A DNA stretch of 63,432 nt, the filler included, from Craspedostauros australis (lineage: Eukaryota): assembly GCA_030167865.1 (NCBI GenBank). It is 5 parts of 5 records of this genome, joined end to end, with 100 filler letters (N's around TTAATTAATTAA, not from the genome) between each part and the next. Parts side by side here need not be neighbours in the genome. Positions count along the whole stretch, not along the records: positions 1 to 18,698 come from JALAGF010003607.1; positions 18,799 to 30,679 come from JALAGF010003608.1; 3 more parts are not named here. One strand, given 5' to 3'. Positions 11,675 through 21,725 of the stretch are shown here, one piece after another; the stretch's first letter is position 1; each line of letters starts with the position of its first letter. The position numbers were made by a program, and so were the translations under genes. The notes under the pieces are model-generated. The model made no database searches, was not told where the DNA came from, and saw only the letters and a program-made list of their open reading frames with translations.

Positions 11675-13146
11675 GATTGCGGTGTTTGCTTTTGCGTTGC
11701 TACTTGCTTGCTTGTGGTGGGGTGCCGTGTGGTATACAAATACCTGCTGTGTTTTGTGGTTACGATTGTTGTTTTTGCTGTTGATGATTTGTGACACCAA
11801 GAGGGGAGGTGCCGAGCATGACAACAACGCCAACCCACAACGATGGCAACGACCACAGCAACAACGGAGGCGGAGACGGATCCAGAGAGGGCGCGGTTTT
11901 GTCAGCAAGACATCAACCAAGATCAACAAGGATGAAAAAGGAACACAAGATCTCCCTTGTTCGGGTCATTGGAGTGGTGGTAAGGGTCATAATTTCAGAA
12001 CTTGTCAGCCTCGTTCACCCGATCTCAAGTCACGACCATCAGTCCCGTAGACCAATTTGCCCCAAAAGACTAAATCAGTGTCCACCAATCCATCGAGTCT
12101 TTCCTCACATCACCATTTCTCTCCACAACCACCTTCCTCGTATCACCCCATTCAGGGTTGTCATGTCGTCATTTGCGGATTGTTGAGATAAGTATTAGTT
12201 CATCCTATTATGTTGTGGAGAGTATAGTATATTTTTCATAGCATAGGATGAATCACTGTGCTCCATTGTATTATATTACGCTGTGTAGTATTTGCAAGTG
12301 TTGCTGTTGCCGTGGACGTGGATGATAATCAGCAATTGCATACAGGTCAGGGCACCAAACACTACACTTGCTACGCTGCCAGGGTGATCAATCTGTCAGG
12401 TGAAGTTGGTTGGTGTTTGGTTGCTGTTGTTGCTGCTAATGATAGTTGTAGTCAATTGATGATCGATGAAATTTTGAGAACAAGATCTCATTCATCCTAA
12501 GTTGGTGCATTCTTGCACCATTCCTACTATCTTGCCCAATTCCATTGTGGTTCATCGTTGGGTCTTCCTACTGCTCTGCTTGATGCTATCATGGTTCATC
12601 GTGTGTTGGAAATCTGGGGTGGTGATGATAGTAGAAATCTATTTGTTTGTTAGAATCTACTTCTCTGAACTGTGAGCTCTTCATTGCTCTCAACTTCCAA
12701 AGTTCGATCTCTTCCTGAGATCTCTATGGGTCCCTCTGTTGGTCTAGCACGCATCCGTCTTGCACTCATCACAAATTCATCATGGACATGCATGCACCAC
12801 CAAGTACCCCATATCCATGCACACAAGCACGTTGTCCTTCGCTGATAGTCTTGTTGCCTTAGACATCGCTGAGTCATAGGCATCACTTGGCTCGTTCCAT
12901 TCGATTGGATTGCGGTCTCCAATTCTTCACAAGATCAACTTGGATGATTGCTTTCTCAGCTTCTCATCTATTAGCACAACACTTTATTCACCTGATTCGT
13001 TTTCTGATTAGTCTGTCCTGGTATGTGCTGAAACAATGCTTTCCTCAGACACATGATTTTCGGCATAAGGGACACACTGGAGAGAACATCAGAGATTCGG
13101 TCTGGCCACCACCCAGCAAACATGTGATGTCCAATTCGACCTGATA

Positions 13147-13325
13147 TACTTCCCAACTAAACCTGAAATGACAACACCCTTGACAACCTCAAGCATCATC
13201 AATGGAATGTGGAATCGAGAGAGCCATGGAACGGTGATGAGTGACGTCGACACAGAAGACATCATCGCCACATCATGGGTCATCTCCACATCAGAACAAG
13301 ATCGCAGAGGTGCAATGACTGAGAG
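13147..13325 (+). repeat. Diverged copy of dispersed repeat family (core TCCCAACTAAACCT.A.ATGAC)
   Basis: Aligns by eye with 29602-29775 (direct) and 30075-30200 (inverted). Confidence 0.55.
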
Positions 13326-14397
13326 CTGACCTTGAAGACAGCAACATGAGATACAACACAATGAAGATAACATAAGAACCAGAAGTCACTCAACCCAACC
13401 AGTGTCTTTACTACACAGTTCATTGCCATCGTCCTGAAAGAATTGATCTCTCTTGAAGGACTTGTGTGATTTTGCTGTGTACGATAACAAGATAACATTA
13501 TCATTGCACATCTCTGATCATCTCCAATACCTCTCTGATGCTTCACCAATCCTTTGCCGGTTTGTCACCAGTGATTTGTTCACAGTCCGTCTCACACTTC
13601 GTGACATCTGCCTGTCTTGAGTACTCTATTCTCATTCGTTGCAACACGGGGGGCTTAGTCACGTGTATCGTGATGTTGGTCACGAATCCAACATCCCTGC
13701 CCTCTGCAACATGCACGTGTGATTCGCATTCCCGCATTTAGGTCATGAACGTCAAGGTTTGGTTCGCATTCGGCACGTGGCGTTCTCCCCCACAAGACAT
13801 GTGCAGCTCACATTTTCTGTCACAAAGATCCAAAGGTGGGAGGTGCGGTAATATATTATTTCACGAATATCGACTCCACACTATTGGGAGGTGCGGCAAT
13901 TCGGTGTTTCAGAACACCCGATTCCTGACAAGTACTAACTCATAATAACCAAGCTCAGGTTAGGACAACACTACTACTCTATCCATTGACTACAAGTTAT
14001 CCTGCTAACAGCGTTCAAGCCCAGTGAACTGCATCAATCGGTCTTCATCTGAAGCCGGCAGTCCACAAGGCCTTCTCTGGCTCGTCTACGAAACGTACAC
14101 GAATCCTAACTAGGATTGTGAATATGTGCTTGGTTTGGATGTTGGAGAGAAAAAGTTCGGAGGTCCGTTTCAAACGAGTGGTCGACTCACTCGGGGGCTC
14201 ATAATTCAGTAGTAGCAAAACAGCACGATGGGCGCAAAACACTGTTCGGCTTCTGTATTGCAATTTGGTCTTGCTAATTCCGACATCTAAAGTTGGATTT
14301 TCACCTTTTCCGACAGCTCCCTTCACAAAATAGGATAATGGTGGCAGAGCACGAGCTAGAGCATGTTAGTATGTGTGGGAGGCTATGTGTGTGATGG

Positions 14398-17300
14398 TTA
14401 GAGTTCTTCACAGGCAGAATCGAATGGAGGAGTGCAATCCGCGACTTCGTCGATTACGAACGTTGCTGTGTTTGACGCACACAGTAATCCCAGGACACAA
14501 GGGTTGCAGGGCATGTCTGTCGTGCAGACTCCTGTTTTGATCCTGATGTCACTGATTGCGCTGTCACTTGTGCCAAGGTCTTCGCACGTGTTCGCACCCA
14601 CGCAGGCACCGGCTTCGATGATCACGCTCCCTTCAAATTTGGCCGATGACCTGCGATGCAATTTATTGCAAGCTCTCTCTCCTGTGCACGCTTTATTTCC
14701 GATGAAGACATTCGCCACAATCAGTGGCGCGGGCGCAAGTCCTTGGTTGGTACGCATAGCAATGGCAGAGCATGCATTCATTGCATCGCATGCTCCTTCT
14801 TCCACCCGTATATTGCCAAAGCCTTCACGTCCAATAACATTGCAACTCTGTTCTCCAAAACAAGCTCTTGGTCCAATCACCCTGAATCCGACTTCGACAC
14901 CAGCACCTGGCTGAGCGTCGGAGAAATTGCCCAACCGAAAGCAGGCATTTAAGCCCTTGCAACTGTCAAGTATGATTGCGTTGGGACGTGTGTGAATGCA
15001 TGCCTGATTCCCGGTACATGACCCTGAGCTCACCGTCATGACGCCACCATCAACAGGGTCAATGGTGCAACCATCAACATCGCTGCAGCAGTCGCCAGCG
15101 CACGCATTAGTCACCGCAGACGCGCTACCAGTGTATAGTTTCTTGTCCTCGTTCACGATTGCCAACAATGCGTCCGTCACACTTTTGTCGTTCTTGATCT
15201 TGTCAAAGCGTGCCTGCGCCACTTGTTGTGTCACGACGTTCGGCATTCCTTCATGACTGCATCCAAAGATGCTCTTGACCATGTTCCTCTTACCCTCATC
15301 AGCCAGAGCATCAACCATGGAGACGAAGTTCGCGCATGCGCCTGTTGCTTCATCGCACACTACGTCGCCAGTGATCGCATTGAACGTTGATGCGCCGTTA
15401 CCTGGTTCTGCGAGACATCCTACGTTCAAGGATGGCGGGGGGAGAGTTGGACTGCTTGTTTTTGTAGGCTCTTGCGAAGGCTGTGAGCTTGGTCCAACTG
15501 ACGGCTCCTCGGATGGAAGGTCGGAGGGCTGTGCGGACGGTTCCTCGGACGGCTGTTCGGAGGGCTGTACCGACGGCTCCTCGGACGGATGGTCGGAGGG
15601 CTGTACCGACGGCATCTCAGACGGGACTTGCGACGGCTCTTCGGACGGAAGGTCGGAGGGCTGTGCGGACGGAAGATGGGAGGGCTGTGCTGACGGCTCC
15701 TCGGACGGAAGGTCGGAGGGCTGTGCGGACGGCACCTCAGACGGGACTTGTGATGGACTGCTCGACGGGAGTGAGCTCGGGATATCTGACGGCATCTCCG
15801 ACGGGACTCGCGATGGAGCGTGTGATGGAGAAAATGAGGGCGTCCGAGAGGGCGAAATGGTTGGGGCGCTGGTTGGGCTGGACGTGAGAGGTGTTGGGAA
15901 AGGAGTGGGAGAGAAAGTTGGACAGTCTGTGGGCAAGGTGTCCTTGCCAATACAGTACTCCTCCACCTTATCACCAGTGGGATTCATGTTACTGTCGTTG
16001 CCTCCCTTTGGACAGGCTCCATCGATATCGCTGACGAAGTAGAATTCATCAGGGCTGCACTCATCCTTCGTCATGCATCCTCTGCAGCCTTCGACACTGC
16101 CGCATCCGCCAGGAGGAACGATGATGTCCGTCTTCATTCGGTCATTGAAGCCCATCTTCTCGCATGAGCCATCATCAGCGCAACCACCAGCACCAATGGT
16201 CAGGCTGCCTGCAGGCTTGCCAGCAGTACCATGGTTGACAGTGGAATGGGCATCCTTGCAGGCGTTGGCACCTACACACGCATTCGGGCCAATGTCGATG
16301 TGGCTGCGGAAGCGATATGATGGTGACTTCTGCACGACGCGGCGTCCAGCGGAGTTGCATGCATCTGATCCAATGCATGCGCCGGTCTGGATGGTGACAT
16401 CGCCATGGGAGCGGCGTCCCACTCCCTCGCAAGATTGAGGGGTGGTACATGCCATCTCACCGACGAAGGTGACTCCTGTGATGGACGGATTTATCTCGTT
16501 CTCATTCATCAACTCGCAGGCACTCGCGCCAGTGCAGGAGGAATCGAGGATGAGGGGATTGGGGCCCATATCCTTGCAGGCGCTGTCACCAGTACATGCC
16601 GTGATGGCGATGGTCATGAATGGCGGGGAGTTGGAGGCGGAACCAGTGACTGAGGTGCATCCAGACGATCCTTGGCAGCATGGGTCCGCGACGGCAGGCG
16701 ATTGCATCGCCGCGATGGCCGCGCAAGCTGCCTTCATGGTATCCGGACGTTCGGTGACGAGGATTGCGTTGGTGGCAGCGATCAGGACCAATTGGCCAAC
16801 AAGGATGTCGTTCGACGAGTACTTTTGGAAGAGCTTGCGTGCAGCTCCTTCCCCGAGGTCTCCTGCGCATCCGAAGAAGTTCTGCAATTGCTCGGATTCC
16901 CTCACGGCAGTCACGGCCTCGCGGCAGGATGGCTTGTTCGCATCGCAGATGATGGTCTTGGCGCTTACCTCTTGTGATGAGAGGGCGGTGATTCCATCGG
17001 GCTTGCAAAAAACTTCGATGGTGGAATCGAAGATGGCTGGAGCGGCTGTTGGCTTTGAAGTTGGCAGGAGGGTGGGCTGAGAGGTCGGCAACGCGGTTGG
17101 CTGAGCGACAGGTGTCATCGAGGGCATCTCCGAAATCAACCCTGTCGGCGGCCCAGTAGGCAATGCGGTTGGCGCGGTTGTTTCTGCAGCAGCCGGGTTT
17201 TCAGTGGGTGGCTCTCGTTCACCCTTGTTTTGTTTGACAGCCTTTGCGTTGTCATCAGCGCCGACCTTGAGGGCGCGGATCTTGTTCATCGCCGTGCGGA

Positions 17301-17409
17301 GTTCCTTAGTTGGGTCCAAGGGGGTCCTGTTGCCGCGGAGCACAGCGTGGACCGTTGCCGTGTCGACGAGAGCGAGAAAAGCGACGAAGGTTGTCTTGGC
17401 GTAGATCAT
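14398..17409 (-). CDS. Secreted Cys-rich / PS-rich extracellular protein (about 1000 aa) with two homologous C-x5-C repeat domains
   Basis: Signal peptide MIYAKTTFVAFLALVDTATVHA followed by VLRG; PT stretch; Cys domain A; PSxxPS rod; Cys domain B. Alternative ATG at 17439. Confidence 0.8.
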   Translation of the reverse strand: MIYAKTTFVAFLALVDTATVHAVLRGNRTPLDPTKELRTAMNKIRALKVGADDNAKAVKQNKGEREPPTENPAAAETTAPTALPTGPPTGLISEMPSMTPVAQPTALPTSQPTLLPTSKPTAAPAIFDSTIEVFCKPDGITALSSQEVSAKTIICDANKPSCREAVTAVRESEQLQNFFGCAGDLGEGAARKLFQKYSSNDILVGQLVLIAATNAILVTERPDTMKAACAAIAAMQSPAVADPCCQGSSGCTSVTGSASNSPPFMTIAITACTGDSACKDMGPNPLILDSSCTGASACELMNENEINPSITGVTFVGEMACTTPQSCEGVGRRSHGDVTIQTGACIGSDACNSAGRRVVQKSPSYRFRSHIDIGPNACVGANACKDAHSTVNHGTAGKPAGSLTIGAGGCADDGSCEKMGFNDRMKTDIIVPPGGCGSVEGCRGCMTKDECSPDEFYFVSDIDGACPKGGNDSNMNPTGDKVEEYCIGKDTLPTDCPTFSPTPFPTPLTSSPTSAPTISPSRTPSFSPSHAPSRVPSEMPSDIPSSLPSSSPSQVPSEVPSAQPSDLPSEEPSAQPSHLPSAQPSDLPSEEPSQVPSEMPSVQPSDHPSEEPSVQPSEQPSEEPSAQPSDLPSEEPSVGPSSQPSQEPTKTSSPTLPPPSLNVGCLAEPGNGASTFNAITGDVVCDEATGACANFVSMVDALADEGKRNMVKSIFGCSHEGMPNVVTQQVAQARFDKIKNDKSVTDALLAIVNEDKKLYTGSASAVTNACAGDCCSDVDGCTIDPVDGGVMTVSSGSCTGNQACIHTRPNAIILDSCKGLNACFRLGNFSDAQPGAGVEVGFRVIGPRACFGEQSCNVIGREGFGNIRVEEGACDAMNACSAIAMRTNQGLAPAPLIVANVFIGNKACTGERACNKLHRRSSAKFEGSVIIEAGACVGANTCEDLGTSDSAISDIRIKTGVCTTDMPCNPCVLGLLCASNTATFVIDEVADCTPPFDSACEEL
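15474..15870 (-). repeat. Coding tandem repeat of PSxx tetrapeptides (12-nt period, 36-nt PSEEPSAQPSDL super-unit)
   Basis: Visible in both the translation and the DNA (repeated gacggctcctcggacggaaggtcggagggctgt). Confidence 0.85.
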
Positions 17410-18400
17410 GGTTGCTGTCGTTGTCGTTGTCGTTGTCATAACGAGAGTGGTTGGATTAATTGTGTGTGCGCCAAGTTCGCGATGAATCCGAATAGAGCAC
17501 AGATAGATTGTGCAATCAGCAGGACGTTGCGATGATTCGACGAGGTGTGCATGCGAAAGGAACGTCGATGTGGAAGGAAAAGCGTGAGTCAATGAGGGTT
17601 GGTAGAGTTGGAGGATTCGACAGCAAGATGTTGACTAGTGCGAGTCTGGTATCGTCATAGGAAGACAGGGTGAGGATCCGTGGCGTCTTTGGATAGCTCG
17701 TCGTCTCTTCAGCCTCGGATTGGCCTGTGCTCACCTTGCGATGGTTGTTGGTTACTGGCTGCTGGCTGTCGGCTGTTCTGTGGTGATGTGATGTCTTGCA
17801 ATCAGGTGGTCGATTGGTTTTATGAGACTGACAAGATCGGTTTTGGAGGAGGACAAATGATTTCTCGAGGGGCGGGGCGGAGCAGGCTGACAAGCGATGA
17901 ACACCGCGACGTGCATTGATGCCATGCCGCAGATGAATGAATTCTTCCACCGTCCTCCTGCGCCAGATGTGGTCGTATCAGAGTCGAACGCTGGTGCGCA
18001 TCGCATTGCATACCTTGCTGCGAATGTTTGCTTGGTGGTTGGCCATCTCTGTGATGTAATTCGGGTTTGCGTCTTGCGAGGCTTCACTTTGATTCTCGGC
18101 ATCGGAGGTTGCGTCCTCTGAGTTGGCAATGTGCAAGGGTAGAATTCTACAGCAAGCTCTCCAGGATCACGAGAAAGTTCAACGTCATCCAATTATGGAT
18201 GTGGTACCTCTTCGTATGGCTCGTGCGTGTGCTCCTTGCTGAATCGGCCGACCTTCCACGCGATGGCTTCCCTAGCTGCCGACGAACCTCAACCTTCCCG
18301 TCCAAGGATGCGAAGAAAGACTCAGATTTGATGCCATCATGTGATGGAGGGAACAGCACGTCCATTTGCATGGTACATATTCTACCATGGGTGGAGGACA

Positions 18401-18549
18401 CATTATGGATGTGATGCGCCCAAAGACGCGATGAGAACATTGACTCTTTTCAATCCATTATGGATGTGATGCACCCAGAGATGGACTGAGAAAATCTACT
18501 CTTTCCAATTCATTATGGATGTGATGCACCCAGAGAAGCGCTGAGAAAA
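18401..18549. repeat. 55-bp minisatellite, about 2.7 copies
   Basis: cattatggatgtgatgcRccca starts at 18401, 18456 and 18511, and the intervening sequences are also similar. Confidence 0.85.
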
Positions 18550-18698
18550 ACAACAAAGATGTTGAAGCGTGGGCTGGGAGGAGGAACAATGTCTGGAAAC
18601 TGTTCCTGTCACGGCAGGCGAACAATCGCTGAACCTCACACCTTCGCAACTTGTCATCTCTCCCCTAATTGCAATTGTATCACAGCCTCGACAACGTC

Positions 18699-18798
18699 NN
18701 NNNNNNNNNNNNNNNNNNNNNNNNNNNNNNNNNNNNNNNNNNTTAATTAATTAANNNNNNNNNNNNNNNNNNNNNNNNNNNNNNNNNNNNNNNNNNNN
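18699..18798. other. Synthetic assembly spacer N44-TTAATTAATTAA-N44
   Basis: Identical 100-nt structure occurs four times; the 12-mer gives stop codons in all six frames. Confidence 0.97.
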
Positions 18799-20900
18799 CC
18801 AAGACCACCCTGGAACTTGGTCTTCAGATCGCCACCAGCACCACCCATGATCATCTGCAAAGCATCCTTGTCCACACGACGTCCCTTGTCAAGATCGCTG
18901 TTGCGATTCCAATTCCACGAACCCTTGCCATTCTTCCGAGCCTTCTCCTTCTCCATCTTCTCCTCGTGCTGCTTCGAGCGATGATGATCCATCAGACTGG
19001 GACCGCGGGCGTTCGCATGCGCATCCATGATACTGTCGATCTCACGCTGGATTCGAGAGTCGATCTGCACAGCGTCCTCATCATCATGACTCTTCAAGTT
19101 GTCAAAGTTGCTCTTGCCCTTCATCTGCTTCTTCTTCACGTTGCTCAGCAGATCGAACTTGCCAGGCTCCAGCATCCATTCCTCACGTCCACCCTGCGGT
19201 GCCATCTTGATGCCGGTCACGACGGACCGCATCTCGGCGGCACGGGCCTCGGCCTGCATCTTGATCACCTCCTTCGGCAAGGCTGGACCGCGTGCTCGTC
19301 GTGGTTCGGCACCAAAGGTCGCCGGTCCTTCATCGTCGCTTTCGTCATCACTGTTGGCATTCTGGATGCCTTCCACCATGCCCTGACGCGATGGGAACAT
19401 GGCTCTGGATCTGATCTGCAGCTTGCCATCAGCCGAGACGGCCTTGTTGCAGAAGCTGATCACAGCTGCGAGAAGCTCCTTGGCAGGACGGACGTTGCCA
19501 TCTGACAGACAGTATCCAATGACAGGTTTAGAGTCGGCACTGTCACCGTCACTATCCGAATCGTCCTTATCGTCCTTATCGTCATCATCATCATCTGCCA
19601 TCTCACATTCCTCCAGCTTGCACAGACGGAACAACGAATCCAGATCCTTCTTCAGATCTTCATCGGGCAATCCTTCCAACGAGATGCTCTGACCATCCAT
19701 CAGATCTTTGCACAACACCTGCAGCTCCTGATGCAAAGTCGATCCTTGTTTGAAGAAGCGCTTCAGAAGACTCGATGCGTGATTCTCCACCTTCCCAACA
19801 TCTGCCTGGTGTCTTGCTTTCGCGGCTGCCTTCGCACTCGCATCAGGCCCATCATCGTCTTCCTCGTCGTCGTCATCGTGATCATTCCCATTCTTGCCGT
19901 TCCGTTGCTGATTCCGTTGCTTCATTGCTTCTTGAATCTTGGCAGCCAACTCCTCTTCTTTCACATCCTGCTTGCGCACAGCTTCCATCGTCAGACCCGC
20001 CTGATCCAACAACGACCTCACAGCTCGCAACAAGAATCTCTCATCATCCTTGCGACCCGGTGCAGCGTTGTAGAACCACATGCCAGATTCGGGACTCCTC
20101 TCCACTCCAAACTCCGACAGCGATGTGAAGATGTGCTGCAGTCCACTCGAGATGAGATCATCCGTGACCTGTCGCAAGTCGAAGGTGGATCCACCTGCCA
20201 ATCGAATGAGGATGGTGGGAAGATCAGCCGCAAACTCAGGTCTGGATGTGAACAGTTGGAAGAGTGCATTGGCGAGGAGGGTGGCGTTTGGTGGTGGAGC
20301 GGTGTTGGGCTTTGCACCTTCAGAATCATCAGATTCATGGTTGTTGTTGTTATTGTTGCTCCTGCTTCTGCTGGCGGTGGTGGTGGTGTTCTTTCTCTTC
20401 TTTGATTTGTTCTTTGACTTGCGATCCTTCTTGTCCTTCTTGGAAGTCTTCTTTGAGGCCTTTTTGATTGATTTCTTGGATGATTTCTTGTCACGATGCT
20501 TCCTCCTTCGCTTTCTGCGATCGTGACTGCTGTCTCGGCTGCTGTCATCGCTGTCATTATCGCTGTCATCATCATCTGAGCTGTTGCTTCTGCTGTTGCT
20601 TCTGCTTTCATCGGAGACATCCATGTGACGGGACGATGAGGATGATCGTTTGTGCTTGCGATGATGATGTTTCTTCGTCTTCTTGTGTGACTTGTTGCCG
20701 TTGCCGTTGCCGCTGCCGTTGTCGCGGGTGGTGGTAGTGGCGGCGGTGGTGCGTTTCTTCTTTGATTTCTTGTGTCTGTGAGAGTCCTCCTCCTCTGATA
20801 GACTGTCGTTGTTGTTCCGTTTGTCGTTGTCGGATTGGTCATCAGAGTGGTCCCGATCATTGCGATCTTTCTTGTCCTTCCTTTCTCTCTTGCGTTTCAT
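18799..20900 (-). CDS. GPALPP1/DUF3752-like protein, copy 2 (3' end truncated at gap)
   Basis: ATG at 20900; same motifs as copy 1; the frame runs into the Ns after KFQGGL. Confidence 0.75.
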
Positions 20901-21725
20901 GATGATGGTTGCAATGTGTGATGTGTAGATCTGTGTGACGAGGATGGATGTGTGTTTTGATGTGAATGGATGGTCTCTGCTGATGTTGAGAGACTGTGGT
21001 GATGGCAGTGATGCTGGATGTAGTGAGAGACGCGAAGGATGTTCTCAGTCGGTGGATCAGTGGTCTCACATCGTTTGTGTTGTTTGTGTTGTTTGTGTTG
21101 TTCGTGTGGTTCTGTTTGTGTTGTGTTGGTCACATTTTGGTGGTTGTTGAGGGGTAGCTAAAAGTGTCGATTGTGTCTAATTTCGGTTGTCGGTTGAAAC
21201 GTGTGTTTATTCGATAAGTAGAAATAGAATGGAAGTGGGCTGGTTGACATCATCCGTGACGTCACGGGCTTGTATTGTCATGAATCACGTCAACAGAAGC
21301 GATGCAAGTCACGAGTCTCTCAACTTTGCACCACCACACGCGCTTCCTCAATCGTGCGCATCTGCGACGCTTGTTGTCCAATCAAACGTCGCTTCCCGAA
21401 GAAGAATGCAAACTTCAAAACCAATGGTTGGTGACGTCTGTCCATCGCCAAACATGGAAATGGCGAATTGGTTTTCGATTCGCGAATCAGGCAGAACAAA
21501 GACCAATCAAACAGCAACTCGACATCAACCACGACGAAACGCGAAAACAACAAACAACGCACTGTAACAACGGCGATAATGGCGGCAACGGCCACAGTAA
21601 CAACAAGAGACAACCCTGGACCGGGCTGCTCCATCCCGACAACGAACACAATCTTCGACTGAGCCGAGATTCATCAGGCATCAACACCACAGAAACTCAC
21701 AACGACGAAGATCCAAGTTGAAATC

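Noticed and set aside
15269..16042. Gly/Asp-rich plus-strand repeat ORFs (also 45073-45660)
   Set aside because: Reverse complements of PS-repeat coding regions.
18401..18549. CRISPR-like repeat-spacer array
   Set aside because: The spacers resemble each other, there are only three units, no cas genes are present, and the context is eukaryotic.
18743..18754. Repeated TTAATTAATTAA palindrome (also at 30724, 43398 and 44941) as a biological motif
   Set aside because: Always centred in 44+44 Ns; it is an artificial six-frame-stop linker.
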